64,000 bases of DNA from a virus (IMGVR_UViG_3300022752_000001:8270-72269), one strand, 5' to 3'. Shown: positions 18,461 through 28,964, numbered from the stretch's first letter. Program-made: numbers and translations. Notes: generated from the sequence alone by a model not told the origin.

Positions 18461-18785
18461 TCGTGCCAAGGGTTGTGTCGGTGAGCGTGAGTGGAGAGAC
18501 GAAGTCAAAAAACGTGGCTACACCGCAAGGCGTGGCCAGCAGTTCTCTGGGAATCCGGATGCACCCGACGTCATTTCAGAGCTCCCCTTCCATTTCGAAG
18601 TCAAAAGGGTTCAGGCCCTCAACGTCGGAAAAGCTGTTGAACAAGCGGTACGGGACTGCGGAGGGAAACCAATCGCAGTGGCGCACCGTAAAAACAATTC
18701 ACCCTGGCTCGTGACCATGACCGCGGATTCATGGTTCGAGCTGGTAACTAAAGTGCATCCGCCCCGTGGAGAAGAAATAAAATGA
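18453..18785 (+). CDS. Hjc-like Holliday junction resolvase (PD-(D/E)XK)
   Basis: NSRAKG..GERE...RGQQFSG..APDV...FEVKR. Confidence 0.8.
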   Translation: MNSRAKGCVGEREWRDEVKKRGYTARRGQQFSGNPDAPDVISELPFHFEVKRVQALNVGKAVEQAVRDCGGKPIAVAHRKNNSPWLVTMTADSWFELVTKVHPPRGEEIK

Positions 18786-18946
18786 CAGTTGGAGAACTGT
18801 TGGAAAAGCTGCAAAAGGTAAGCCCCCACCTCGACATCTGCGTCGATGTGGATTCGGACTGCTTCGATATCCAGGAAGTTCAGGTCTGGCGAAGTGGAAG
18901 TGATGATCCTGAAGGTTCGTTTGTATCGTTGATCATCGAAACTTGA
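18782..18946 (+). CDS. Small hypothetical protein
   Basis: MTVGELLEKLQK..., 54 aa, overlapping start/stop codons on both sides. Confidence 0.6.
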   Translation: MTVGELLEKLQKVSPHLDICVDVDSDCFDIQEVQVWRSGSDDPEGSFVSLIIET

Positions 18947-20217
18947 ATCTTTTTCCTTGGCAGAAGGAAAACGCGTCCCAGTTGATGGACGCCCTGATCA
19001 ACAACCGTGTGGCGTTGGACGCTAGCGATTGCGGAACAGGAAAAACGGTCACGGCGGCTTTTGTCGCCAAACAAATGAATATGCCCGTGGCCGTGATATG
19101 TCCTAAAGCGGTCATACCTTCTTGGAAGCATTGGCTTAAAGAAGCCGGCGTCGAACCCTTGTTTGTGATCAACTACGAAAAACTCCGAACAGGAAAAAAG
19201 CACGGCAAGTGGGTTGCCAAGAAATGGCAGTGGGATCTCCCCTCCTCTACCCTTCTGATTTTTGACGAGGTTCATAAGTGCAAAGGATACAGCAGTCAGA
19301 ACGGTAAGATCTTGGGTGCGTCTAAAGCCGATCATACCGTATTGATGCTCTCAGCTACGGCCGCTCAAAACCCTCTGGATATGCGATGGACGGGCGACCT
19401 TCTCGGCATCCATACCGGCGTTAACTACTGGGGTTGGCTCAAAACCATGAAAGTGGCACAAGCCCCTTGGGGTGGCTTCCAATACTACGGAGGCAAAGAA
19501 GGTCTTCTCCAGATTCACGCACATATTTTCCCCAAGCGTGGCGTACGTACTCGCGTGGAAGAGCTGGGGGATGCCTTCCCTCAAAACAACGTCATGTCCG
19601 AGGTCTTCGATATCGATGACCGCATTGGCAAGCTCTACGGCCAAATGGAGGCCGAGCTGGCGGCCTTGGCAGAGGCTAAGTCCAACGATTTTGACCCATC
19701 TGAGCCCCGTACAAGGCTATTAAGACTTCGCCAGGAGGTTGAACTGCTCCGTGTGCCTGTTCTTACCGAGATGGCGAAGGAACATGTGGAGGCTGGATGC
19801 AGTGTCGTTATCTTTACCAACTTCATGCAGACCTGCCGGACGCTTATGGAGCGTTTAAATGCCCCTGCAATTCACGGAGAGCAAAGCGCAGAAGAGCGTC
19901 AGGAAGCAATCGACAAGTTTCAAGCGAACAAAGAACACGTAATCATCGTGCAAATTCAAGCCGGCGGTGTCGGACTCTCGCTTCACGATTTACACGGCCG
20001 CCCTCGAGTGAGTTTGGTATGCCCGACATACTCGGCGATTGATTTAAAACAAGCTCTCGGTCGTATCGCACGCACCGGATCGAAGAGTCATTGCAGGCAA
20101 TATTTAGTTTACGCCGCAAATTCAGTCGAAGAACAAGTCGCACGTAAAACAAAATCCAAAATTCGTGAAATTGACTTGCTTAATGACGGCGATCTGGTAG
20201 TAACTTTGCCCTCATGA
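18943..20217 (+). CDS. SF2 (SNF2-like) DNA helicase
   Basis: GTGKT, DEVH, SAT, GGVGLSL and QALGRIAR motifs. Confidence 0.9.
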   Translation: MNLFPWQKENASQLMDALINNRVALDASDCGTGKTVTAAFVAKQMNMPVAVICPKAVIPSWKHWLKEAGVEPLFVINYEKLRTGKKHGKWVAKKWQWDLPSSTLLIFDEVHKCKGYSSQNGKILGASKADHTVLMLSATAAQNPLDMRWTGDLLGIHTGVNYWGWLKTMKVAQAPWGGFQYYGGKEGLLQIHAHIFPKRGVRTRVEELGDAFPQNNVMSEVFDIDDRIGKLYGQMEAELAALAEAKSNDFDPSEPRTRLLRLRQEVELLRVPVLTEMAKEHVEAGCSVVIFTNFMQTCRTLMERLNAPAIHGEQSAEERQEAIDKFQANKEHVIIVQIQAGGVGLSLHDLHGRPRVSLVCPTYSAIDLKQALGRIARTGSKSHCRQYLVYAANSVEEQVARKTKSKIREIDLLNDGDLVVTLPS

Positions 20218-21314
20218 GTACTACTGACAATCACGCTAGCTACTCACCGAGCAGCCTCAAGTACTTTGAGCTCTGCCCCTGCTATCAAAAAGACAATTCT
20301 GGCGAAGTTCATCCAGTAACTCTCCGCGGAACTGCGATGCACAAAGCGTGTGAGACCGGCGAGATGGAAGGTCTCGACTCCACTGAAAAAGCTCTCGTCC
20401 ACAAATGTCTTTCATTCGTCGAAGCAGCCAAAGCTGAGTACACGGAAAAGAATTCCAAGTTCATGGACTTGTCCGAACAGAAGCTCGATGTGTTTGACCA
20501 ATGGGGTTACGTCGATCGCTTTTTCATTTGTGCAGATGAGGCTGCGATGTTCGATTTTAAATTTGGTTTTAACCCCGTTGACCCAGCGGAGACCAACCCG
20601 CAGATGTGGGCGTACGCAATCGGCGTCTTTAAGAAGTATCCGTACGTAAAGAATCTCAAGCTTCACATTCTCCAGCCCCGTTTGGATTACGTGGATTCCG
20701 CTTCATTTACCAGGGACGGAGATCTCCCCAAGATGAATGCCAGAATCAAGGGCATCATCGAAAGGGCCCGGAATAACACCCCGGATATGGCCCGTCCAGG
20801 TGACCAGTGCATCTACTGTTCCCGTATTGCGACCTGTGACGCAGTCCAGGCTATGTCCCTTTCCCTGGCCAAGTCTTATGACCTGGCCCACGACGCTCAG
20901 CTTCCCGATCTTTTCCACCCAAGCCAGCTAGCCACACCGGAAAAACGATCACAGGCACAACGCCTCGTACCGGTCCTGGAAGCTTGGTGCGGTTCCGTAC
21001 GCAAACACAACGTTGAGTACGCGAAGGAAGGAAACGAGATCCCTGGATATGGTCTTACGGCCGTCCAGGGTGCCAGAAAGATCACGGACGCCAACAAGGC
21101 GTACGATTTGGTCAAAGACAAAATCTCGACGGCTGAGTTTATGGAAGCCGTCACAGTCAACTTCAAGGAGCTAGCTGATCAAGTCGCCAGCAAGGCTCCT
21201 CGGGGCACAAAACAAGAAGAACGCGACAACCTTGAGGATGCATTAACCGAGGCGAACGCCCTGACGCGCGGTAGTGAGTCCTATCAACTAAGAAAAATAA
21301 AGGATAAACAATGA
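20214..21314 (+). CDS. Cas4-like/DUF2800 PD-(D/E)XK exonuclease
   Basis: SPSS...CP, GTAMH, GYVD..DFKFG, QMWAYA and C-x2-C-x5-C. Confidence 0.8.
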   Translation: MSTTDNHASYSPSSLKYFELCPCYQKDNSGEVHPVTLRGTAMHKACETGEMEGLDSTEKALVHKCLSFVEAAKAEYTEKNSKFMDLSEQKLDVFDQWGYVDRFFICADEAAMFDFKFGFNPVDPAETNPQMWAYAIGVFKKYPYVKNLKLHILQPRLDYVDSASFTRDGDLPKMNARIKGIIERARNNTPDMARPGDQCIYCSRIATCDAVQAMSLSLAKSYDLAHDAQLPDLFHPSQLATPEKRSQAQRLVPVLEAWCGSVRKHNVEYAKEGNEIPGYGLTAVQGARKITDANKAYDLVKDKISTAEFMEAVTVNFKELADQVASKAPRGTKQEERDNLEDALTEANALTRGSESYQLRKIKDKQ

Positions 21315-22036
21315 AAACTACGTTCCCTAAAGAACAAAAAGCAAAAGTAGAAGCAAAACCAGAAACAGTAACCGAGTCGAGCAAGGCACTGACGGAGGTT
21401 GTTGAACAACCCCTCACCTTGACCACCAATGCCGGCATGGAGGGAGAATTTAACGTCTCCGACTTCCAGATCCCCCGGCTTAACATCGCCAACAAGACTG
21501 GCGAACTCTCCAACGACTTCCCGCCCGGCAGCATCGTCTTCCGGAAAGAGGTGTCGGTTGGAAATCAGAAGTCTCCTGCCAAGTTGACGATCATCCGCAT
21601 GGCAAAGAAGTACATGCAGAGGATTCCCTACGGCACGGAAGAACGCCCGAAAATCTTTAACACGGCAGCCGACGTGCGTACTGCAGGCGGCACCACCGAC
21701 ATCACTGAGGGTGATATGGATATCTATGACCCGATCCTCATCCTCACGATGGCCGTCCAAAGCCCCGAAGGCGCACATCCCCTGTTCGCCTTTGAGAAAG
21801 ACGGAGCCCACTACGCTCTGGCGCAGATGATTCTGGCCAAGAGCGCGTACAACAACGCTGGCAAGCAGTTGATCACGGAAGCCACCACGGCTCTCCGCGA
21901 GAAGCTCTCTGGCGGCAAGTACGAGTTGGTTACCCAACTTCGTTCCAACACAATGGGCAGCTGGTTCACACCAGTGTTCCGTTTGGTCGGCAAGAACACC
22001 CCAGAAACCACCGCGTGGTTTGACGGGTTGATCTAA
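21311..22036 (+). CDS. Putative ssDNA-binding/annealing protein
   Basis: DFQIPRLNI motif, position between exonuclease and polymerase, strong codon bias. Confidence 0.5.
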   Translation: MKTTFPKEQKAKVEAKPETVTESSKALTEVVEQPLTLTTNAGMEGEFNVSDFQIPRLNIANKTGELSNDFPPGSIVFRKEVSVGNQKSPAKLTIIRMAKKYMQRIPYGTEERPKIFNTAADVRTAGGTTDITEGDMDIYDPILILTMAVQSPEGAHPLFAFEKDGAHYALAQMILAKSAYNNAGKQLITEATTALREKLSGGKYELVTQLRSNTMGSWFTPVFRLVGKNTPETTAWFDGLI

Positions 22037-22052
22037 AAACTGGGATTCGGCC

Positions 22053-22406
22053 ATGGTGTTACAGGAGAACTGTAAACGGAGCAAGACCTCCGCTCTATTG
22101 AAACAGCCGAGTTCCTATCCTCTGCCTCAGGAAATGGCAAAAAGCACATTCACAGAGATTGTTTATGTCATGACGCGGGGCGGGAAATCAAAAACAGGTT
22201 CAACAAAATCAGGCCCCGGACAATGGTACACTCGGGATTCGATTCGATACTCGGCGGATCGAGCAGTAAGTCACATGGTCACAGCAATGATGATGTTGGA
22301 CGGAAATAAAAAAGAGGACAAAGAGGGAGTCATCGGACACTTGCAACGAGCTTTATGCAGGTCGGCGATGGTTCTTTATAAAATAAGAAAGGGTCAGCAA
22401 AAATGA
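22053..22406 (+). CDS. dATP/dGTP diphosphohydrolase (DUF5664)-like protein, divergent
   Basis: Pattern VMTRG...K.G..QW......Y..DRAVSH.......D.EG..GHL..A; the start may be ATG 22134. Confidence 0.4.
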   Translation: MVLQENCKRSKTSALLKQPSSYPLPQEMAKSTFTEIVYVMTRGGKSKTGSTKSGPGQWYTRDSIRYSADRAVSHMVTAMMMLDGNKKEDKEGVIGHLQRALCRSAMVLYKIRKGQQK

Positions 22407-22657
22407 AAACTAAGGGCAAAGCACAAATTTATAACAAGAGAACGGGTAAAGATATTGGGCAGATCAAGGTGTTGGACGTAAGGGAAGTTGATAACGTTGA
22501 GATCGATCTTCAGATGGAAGACGATGTATATAACGAATTCGTATATCTTGGTAGAAAAGATGCTACGAGAGACGATTTCTTCAGCATCGCATTCAAAAAG
22601 ATGCTGGCAGAAACAATTCAGGATTTGGGGAAGAAACGGAGCAAAAATGGTAAATAA
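22403..22657 (+). CDS. Hypothetical protein
   Basis: ORF coupled to its neighbours by overlaps. Confidence 0.55.
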   Translation: MKTKGKAQIYNKRTGKDIGQIKVLDVREVDNVEIDLQMEDDVYNEFVYLGRKDATRDDFFSIAFKKMLAETIQDLGKKRSKNGK

Positions 22658-22892
22658 ACTTTTGATGCTCATTTTTCTTAAGCTGGCTCAACGTTGGTTT
22701 GGGTTTACCGACATCTACTGCCCAAATGATCAGGTAGAAGCGATCATTTTTGCGGTAGACCAGAAGCAACATCGGGACGCCATAAAGTCGGCCGCCAAAT
22801 TCATATATGAAGCCAAAGACGAAAGAACAGCCGTCGGCGTTTGACGTTGACGTGCCCGAACAAAACACAAGGAACGATCACGGATATCCCAT

Positions 22893-23147
22893 ATGGACGA
22901 AATTAGAAATACAGCGAATGAAGCTCCAAATCGAGAAATCGAAGTTGGAGAAGAAATAGCCGACGTCTTTAACCCAATATTTATGAGAACATCAGAACAA
23001 ATACTCGAGCTCGGTCTCCGGCAAATGCGCGAGGAGAACGAATCCCTGTCATCAGAGAACCGTCGTCTTAAGGACGAAATACGGACTCTCATTGAGCAAG
23101 CCCGCCGTGCCGGGTTTGTGGGTGCCACCAAAGACACGCATCCGTGA
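22893..23147 (+). CDS. Hypothetical coiled-coil protein
   Basis: ORF in operon orientation. Confidence 0.55.
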   Translation: MDEIRNTANEAPNREIEVGEEIADVFNPIFMRTSEQILELGLRQMREENESLSSENRRLKDEIRTLIEQARRAGFVGATKDTHP

Positions 23148-23292
23148 TCCAACTGGAATTTACATTTATGAAAGACCTTTACCCGACTACCGAAGCAACG
23201 GCTCAGGGTACGACCACAACGGTGAATTACACCTTCGGCGCTGCGATTGAAAGCGTAAGCACCACAACTCACACAACGAAAGGAAACTCAAT

Positions 23293-23529
23293 ATGAGCGT
23301 AGACGTAAGAGTACGCATTTCAGCGGTCGAGGGTGAACTCAAGTTTGAAGTTCACACCGATCACATGGATGCACAACCGGTCGAAAAGACGGTGGCTGAG
23401 GAGCTCAAGGGCCTCACCTGCCGGCTGCTTGACCTATATCTCGAAACCCTCAAGGAACCCAAAGAAGAAATCCAAGCCGAATGCGAAACATTGCCATCGA
23501 TTTCGAATCCTACTACGACAACGAGCTGA
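23293..23529 (+). CDS. Hypothetical protein
   Basis: AAGGA SD; operon orientation. Confidence 0.55.
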   Translation: MSVDVRVRISAVEGELKFEVHTDHMDAQPVEKTVAEELKGLTCRLLDLYLETLKEPKEEIQAECETLPSISNPTTTTS

Positions 23530-25241
23530 GCATTAAGACGCTCGGCCAGTGGCACTACCTACGCGATCCGCGCGGGGAGATCTACATGGTGTCGATGGTT
23601 GGTGACGGTATTGAGCCGTATTGCGGTCCCGTGGACAAGGCTCCCTGGGACAAGATCGACGGCTGCCGGTGGATTGCGCACAACTACAGCTTTGACGGAG
23701 CCTGTGTTGAGGCTCTTGGCGACCGAATCAAGTCGAAGCCTGCGGATTTCTTCTGCACGGCCAATCTTGCGGCCTACCTGGGCTCTCCAAGGGATCTGGA
23801 GGGTGCCTGTTCTAACCTCCTTGGTAAGGAGATTTCGAAGGACCCGCGCAAAAAGATGAAGGGTAAGAAGTGGTCTAGTATAGCCAATACTGAGTTTGCG
23901 GAGGAGATGACGCAATACGCTTTAGCGGATTCTGTGAGCTGTTTGGAGCTCTACAAGAAGTACGCATCGGAGATGCCGGAGATTGAGCGCAAGTTATCCA
24001 AGCACACGATTGAAATGGCGTGGAAGGGTTTTGCGATTGATCAGCCTCTGGTTAAAGAAGGCATCAAGAAGCTCGATAAAATCAAGTGGGAGGCTGAACA
24101 GAAGCTCCCCTGGATGGACAAAGGAGACGGCGTTGTTCTTTCCATCAAGAATTTTAGGGCTGAGTGCATCAACCAAGGCATCCCCTGGCCTGATTCTCTT
24201 TCAGAAGATTCGGAAGAGTGTGCGGTGTGGGAAAAGAAATACGGCGACAAGGTTCCTTTTGTTGCCGCCATGCGGGATTGGAGAAAATGCAATTCCTACT
24301 TGGTTAAGATGAAGGTGCTTGATTCTCGTGTGCGCCCAGATATGACAGCGTCTTACGGCATGAAGTTCTTTGGGGCGCATACAGGTCGGTTTAGTGGGGA
24401 TAGCCGCTTTAACGTTCAGAATCTGCCCAGAGAGCCCCATTTTGGGGTCGATATGCGAGGCTGCATTATCCCTCGTCCAGGCAAGAAGTTCATTGTTTGC
24501 GACCTTTCTCAGATTGAACCCAGGGTTCTGGCCTGGCTTTCCGGGAATACAGCTCTTCTGGAAGCCGTTCGTAACGGGTACGGCATCTACGAAGCCTTTG
24601 CCATCTCTGCCAATTTATGGCGGGGGGATAAAGGAACACTTAAGAAAACCAATACAGCCATGTACCAACTTGCCAAGGCAATGGTGCTGGGTCTTGGGTA
24701 TGGCGCAGGCGCCAAGAAATTCGCCTACATGGCCAACACATCATACGGCCTGGAAGTGGACGAAGCAGAGGCGGCAAACATTGTAAGAACATACCGCTCT
24801 AAAAATCATCACGTCGTCAATTTTTGGAAGAAGTTGGAGACGGCCTTCAAACAGTCCAAAGCAGACGGACAATACGAGATCGAGCTCCCCTCTTGGCGCT
24901 CCCTCAAATACCGCAACATTCGCACGCAAAACCTCGCAAGTGGATACGCAGGATACACAGCTCAGACCATCATGGGTGGTCCTCACGTCAATTTCTACGG
25001 TGGGAACTTATGCAATAACACCGTTCAGGCTACAGCCCGGGATGTCATGGCCGAATGCATCCTCCGACTCGAAAAGGCTGGCCTACCCCTTGTCCTTCAT
25101 GTTCACGACGAAGCCGTTGTGGAGGTCGACAAGGATGTGAAACCAAAAGATGTGGAAATGTTGATGTCGGTAACCCCGGACTGGTTACAAGGCTGCCCGG
25201 TCGCAGCCGAGGCCGTGGAAACCGACAGATACGTTAAATAG
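23481..25241 (+). CDS. Family A DNA polymerase with 3'-5' exonuclease
   Basis: ExoI DFES, ExoII AHNYSFD, ExoIII YALAD; HTGRFS; motif A DLSQIEPR; motif B AKAMVLGLGYG; motif C HVHDE. Confidence 0.93.
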   Translation: MRNIAIDFESYYDNELSIKTLGQWHYLRDPRGEIYMVSMVGDGIEPYCGPVDKAPWDKIDGCRWIAHNYSFDGACVEALGDRIKSKPADFFCTANLAAYLGSPRDLEGACSNLLGKEISKDPRKKMKGKKWSSIANTEFAEEMTQYALADSVSCLELYKKYASEMPEIERKLSKHTIEMAWKGFAIDQPLVKEGIKKLDKIKWEAEQKLPWMDKGDGVVLSIKNFRAECINQGIPWPDSLSEDSEECAVWEKKYGDKVPFVAAMRDWRKCNSYLVKMKVLDSRVRPDMTASYGMKFFGAHTGRFSGDSRFNVQNLPREPHFGVDMRGCIIPRPGKKFIVCDLSQIEPRVLAWLSGNTALLEAVRNGYGIYEAFAISANLWRGDKGTLKKTNTAMYQLAKAMVLGLGYGAGAKKFAYMANTSYGLEVDEAEAANIVRTYRSKNHHVVNFWKKLETAFKQSKADGQYEIELPSWRSLKYRNIRTQNLASGYAGYTAQTIMGGPHVNFYGGNLCNNTVQATARDVMAECILRLEKAGLPLVLHVHDEAVVEVDKDVKPKDVEMLMSVTPDWLQGCPVAAEAVETDRYVK

Positions 25242-25252
25242 GAGCAAATAAA

Positions 25253-25429
25253 ATGGATAACGCGAGGTACATAGTGTTGAGAGACGGTTCAAGAGTGTCC
25301 GAACGGACACACCGGACAAAACTGGACGCACAAGTCGAGGCTGATTACTGGCATGATATTGTCAGGAGATGGCCTGATGGGTCTGTAGTCCGAATCGAAA
25401 CCATATTCTTTAAAAGCCGCGGGGAGTAA
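25253..25429 (+). CDS. Small hypothetical protein
   Basis: AGGAG SD; 58 aa MDNARYIVLRDGSRVS... fills the gap. Confidence 0.55.
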   Translation: MDNARYIVLRDGSRVSERTHRTKLDAQVEADYWHDIVRRWPDGSVVRIETIFFKSRGE

Positions 25430-25433
25430 GGCC

Positions 25434-27551
25434 ATGAGTCTTTACGCCCTGAAGAACCTGGCTTGCCTGGAGGTCGCTCCAGTCGACGCCTGGCTTCACA
25501 CAACCCCACTACCCAACATGACCAAGGAGGAGTTTTCCTCCTGGTCTACCAACCCCTCGACGGATTGGCTGTTTGTGTCCGGTTTTGAGGGTCGTGCGCC
25601 CAACCTCCGGGTCTCCCGCGAGAACCAGGCAGTCAAGATGCACGCCCTTGTGGCGGACTACGACGCTCAGATCACGGCCGAGGAAATGCTTGAGGGTCTT
25701 ACCCGTCGCTCGAAAGCCGGCATGAAGCCCGCCTACGCCCATCGCACCATCAGCGGTGGAGTACGGGTTATCTGGCTGTTTGAGAAACCCGTAGCCATTG
25801 CGCCCGGGATATTTGATCCCTTCATCACTCGTCTGATGAAGGAGCTCAATGTCCGCAAGCTGTTCCCTGGACTGGATGACAACATCCGCAAGCCAGAACA
25901 GTACTACGCTTGGAATCCTCCAGCCACCGAGGTCAGTGATAACCGAGTTAAGTTTGATACCCTCTGTGCCCTCCTGGCTTCAGCCTTTGATGCTTCTCAC
26001 CGCTATCGTGGTGAAGGAGATACCGAGATTCCCATTGAGAAGATCAAGGAACGGGTGGAAAGCCTGTTTCCTGGTCGACTTCGTGGAACGCTAGATATTA
26101 ACGGGCGTTGTAACGCTTTTTGGTCTCCGGATTCTACCAATCCGTCAGCTTGTATTGTTACGGCAACCGGGATGGTTTCATTCTCGCAAGATCGGGCGTT
26201 CTATCCTTGGGCAGATATCTTGGGTGCGGATTGGGTCGATGAATTTAACAACACTCGTCTGGGCGGGCCTCTGGGTTCGTACTGGTACGACGGAAGTAAG
26301 TATTGGCGCAGGGATATGGAAGGCAGCTGGAGAGACGCACCTTCGGAGACAGCCCGCAAGGACATTGCAGGCTTGTTTGGTTTAAGTCTCACCAGCGATG
26401 CCCGCGGAGATATGTCGGAGACCGACGAAGCCATGCTTCGCATTCGGGAAAACCGTCGTGTCGATGCCACCGGCCCTGTGCTCTACAGCCATGAGGAAAT
26501 CGTGCGATTTGGCAGCCGATGCATCCTCAACACCTCCAGGGTAAAAGTGATGCCGCCCAGCAACACTCCTGGAGAGTGGGGCGAGCACTTCCCTTGGACG
26601 GCGAGTCTGTTGGACGAGTTCTTTGATCCGTCTGACAGTCTCCAGTACTTCCTGGCCTGGCTGAAACGGTTCTACACCACAGCCAGCGCCGGGGCCCCCG
26701 CCCAAGGTCAGGCCGTGTTTATCGCCGGTCCGGTCGAGCAAGGGAAAACCTTGATCGGTACCAAGATTGTCGCCGCTCTTATGGGCGGAGGTTGCGATGC
26801 CTCCTCCCATATAAGTGGCGGGGATCAGTTCAATAACGAGCTCTTCGAAGTCGGCGTGCTCAACATTGACGATACCGTCGCTTCGACCAGCTACGAGAAA
26901 CACCTTCTCTTCACCAACTCGATCAAGAAGTTCGTCGCCAACACTCAGCACCGCCACCGTGCGATGCGCGAGAACCCAACGACGATCAACTGGATTGGGC
27001 GGATCATCTTTACGCTGAATGATGACCCCGAATCGATGCGGGCGATCCCCTACACCGACACCTCCATCCTGGACAAGATCATGCTCTTCAAAGCGAGGCA
27101 CCGGAAGTTCCCCTTCCCTCCTCGCCAGGAGATTGATCGGATCTTGGCCAGGGAGCTGCCCAACTTTGCCCGATGGCTTCTGGATTGGAATCCGCCGGCG
27201 CACCTGGAAGGCACCAACCGGTTCGGTGTAGCGAACTACCATCACCCCGACATTTTGGAAGATACGAGAACAACCCACCCTAACCACGCTTTCTCCGAGC
27301 TCCTCGATAAGTACCTCATAAATTACAAAATCGCGGCGAACGGGAAAAACCCAAAACAGTGGGTTGGTTCAGCGACCGACCTACTCAACAACATGCTTAA
27401 TGATGCCGAACTCGAAAAGCTCGCACGTCATTACGTTTCAAGTCCGGACCGCATGGGTCAGAGATTGGCCAAGATTATGGCCATCCGGCCCGAGCAGGTT
27501 ATCCGGCGCAAATCAGGAGGAAAAATCACATGGGAAATCAATCTGGAATAA
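25434..27551 (+). CDS. Primase-helicase (N-terminal primase-like, C-terminal SF3/DUF5906 NTPase)
   Basis: DYD and TISGG primase-like motifs; Walker A GPVEQGKT, Walker B LNIDD, sensor FTLN. Confidence 0.8.
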   Translation: MSLYALKNLACLEVAPVDAWLHTTPLPNMTKEEFSSWSTNPSTDWLFVSGFEGRAPNLRVSRENQAVKMHALVADYDAQITAEEMLEGLTRRSKAGMKPAYAHRTISGGVRVIWLFEKPVAIAPGIFDPFITRLMKELNVRKLFPGLDDNIRKPEQYYAWNPPATEVSDNRVKFDTLCALLASAFDASHRYRGEGDTEIPIEKIKERVESLFPGRLRGTLDINGRCNAFWSPDSTNPSACIVTATGMVSFSQDRAFYPWADILGADWVDEFNNTRLGGPLGSYWYDGSKYWRRDMEGSWRDAPSETARKDIAGLFGLSLTSDARGDMSETDEAMLRIRENRRVDATGPVLYSHEEIVRFGSRCILNTSRVKVMPPSNTPGEWGEHFPWTASLLDEFFDPSDSLQYFLAWLKRFYTTASAGAPAQGQAVFIAGPVEQGKTLIGTKIVAALMGGGCDASSHISGGDQFNNELFEVGVLNIDDTVASTSYEKHLLFTNSIKKFVANTQHRHRAMRENPTTINWIGRIIFTLNDDPESMRAIPYTDTSILDKIMLFKARHRKFPFPPRQEIDRILARELPNFARWLLDWNPPAHLEGTNRFGVANYHHPDILEDTRTTHPNHAFSELLDKYLINYKIAANGKNPKQWVGSATDLLNNMLNDAELEKLARHYVSSPDRMGQRLAKIMAIRPEQVIRRKSGGKITWEINLE

Positions 27552-28186
27552 TCGAACCGCAAAGATCGGTGGCACCACTATTCAGCACCCCGCTGTTTAT
27601 CTCGCAGCTGGGACAACCCGATAGCCAATCTATCGCGGTTGTAAAACAAGCCGACATGCGTCGGGTCAAAGCCAACAACGGCTGGAGTTCCGTCGACACC
27701 AGGATTCTGGACGTCCCGGATATGCAGTATCTGAAGGCATCTATCCTGCGGGAGATCAGCGCATATGCGTTCGAAGCTCTCGGCCTAAAGAGAAAGTACC
27801 AGTTCCAAATCACCAACTCCTGGGTCATGAAACATCAGAAAGGTGACTTTGCCCACGCTCATGCACACGAGAACTCACTGATCTCGGGTGTCTACTATGT
27901 AGAGACGTACGACAACAGCGGTCCGATTTTGTTCTCCAAGTCCTTCAAAGACTTCAACCTATTCCCTGCCTTCTTCGGCTGGGAGTTTGAGAAGAGAGAC
28001 ATCCTGAATGCAGACGTGTGGCCAGTACTGCCCAAGAACGGAATGTTGGTTCTGTTTCCCTCCCACTTGTCGCATCACGTGGAGCCAAGTCAGGCAGACG
28101 CCGACCGGTATTGCGTTGCGTTCAACGTGTTTGTGAAAGGTAAGTTTGGCTCGGAAGAAACCTTCAGTGCCCTGGAGATTCTATGA
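27530..28186 (+). CDS. 2OG-Fe(II) oxygenase, TIGR02466-like
   Basis: LFSTP, SWV, HAHENSLISGVYY, FPSHLSHHV and R.CVAFN. Confidence 0.85.
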   Translation: MGNQSGIIEPQRSVAPLFSTPLFISQLGQPDSQSIAVVKQADMRRVKANNGWSSVDTRILDVPDMQYLKASILREISAYAFEALGLKRKYQFQITNSWVMKHQKGDFAHAHAHENSLISGVYYVETYDNSGPILFSKSFKDFNLFPAFFGWEFEKRDILNADVWPVLPKNGMLVLFPSHLSHHVEPSQADADRYCVAFNVFVKGKFGSEETFSALEIL

Positions 28187-28311
28187 ATGGTTTAGTTATT
28201 TGCCTGGCTGTAGTCGTTTTCATGATCATCGTCCCGGTGTGCGTCGCTTTTGGATTGTGGTTTAAAGACCGCAAAGACGAAGAACGGAAAGGATATTGGG
28301 ACTCAGAATGA
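28183..28311 (+). CDS. Small membrane protein
   Basis: 42 aa with one TM helix; ATGA overlaps. Confidence 0.45.
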   Translation: MNGLVICLAVVVFMIIVPVCVAFGLWFKDRKDEERKGYWDSE

Positions 28312-28482
28312 AAAAGAAAAAACGAATCCGAAACATCACGGTTCGAAAGCCGTGGTACGTCGAAAACAAGTTTGGCATGTGGAAGACTGCTCCGATTGGC
28401 GTCTGTGAAAGACAATGGAGGAAGCGTCCTGGCTTTTTCGCCCGCCTATTGAGGTGGTTTTTGGAGAAGTTAAACTAACCCG

Positions 28483-28722
28483 ATGACGCTGGATCAGATC
28501 AAGAGTTTTTCCAATTCCGTGTCCACCTGGATTATCAACGGAATGAGAACAGCTTCGGATGAGCAGCGTGCAGAGAGATATGCCATCTGTCAGGCGTGTC
28601 AAAACTTTGACCAACGAGTATTCGGAGGTCACGGAGTTTGCAAGATTTGTGGGTGCAATATGCGCACCAAAACGGTGTTCCCCCACGAGAAATGTCCCAT
28701 TGATAAATGGGGAAAGGTTTAA
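28483..28722 (+). CDS. Cys-rich zinc-finger protein (DUF6171-like)
   Basis: R..IC..C...C..CGC...K......CP..KW. Confidence 0.7.
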   Translation: MTLDQIKSFSNSVSTWIINGMRTASDEQRAERYAICQACQNFDQRVFGGHGVCKICGCNMRTKTVFPHEKCPIDKWGKV

Positions 28723-28724
28723 CC

Positions 28725-28955
28725 ATGCCGCTAGGAAAACGAGACTATGCCAAGGAATACCGGGAATATCACGGTAAGCCTGATCAAATCAAACGTCGTG
28801 CCGGACGTAACGCTGCCCGAAGATCGATGACCAAACGTCGTGGTTTGGCTGCCATGCGTGGGAAAGACGTCAATCACAAGGACGGCAACACCATGAATAA
28901 TGCGGCGTCGAACCTGAATCTTGAGTCAAAGAGCGTGAACCGGGGTCGCAAGTAG
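28725..28955 (+). CDS. Small HNH endonuclease-like protein
   Basis: RDY.KEY...RN.ARR...GKDVNHKDGN..NN..NL...NR. Confidence 0.7.
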   Translation: MPLGKRDYAKEYREYHGKPDQIKRRAGRNAARRSMTKRRGLAAMRGKDVNHKDGNTMNNAASNLNLESKSVNRGRK

Positions 28956-28964
28956 TAAGTAGTA

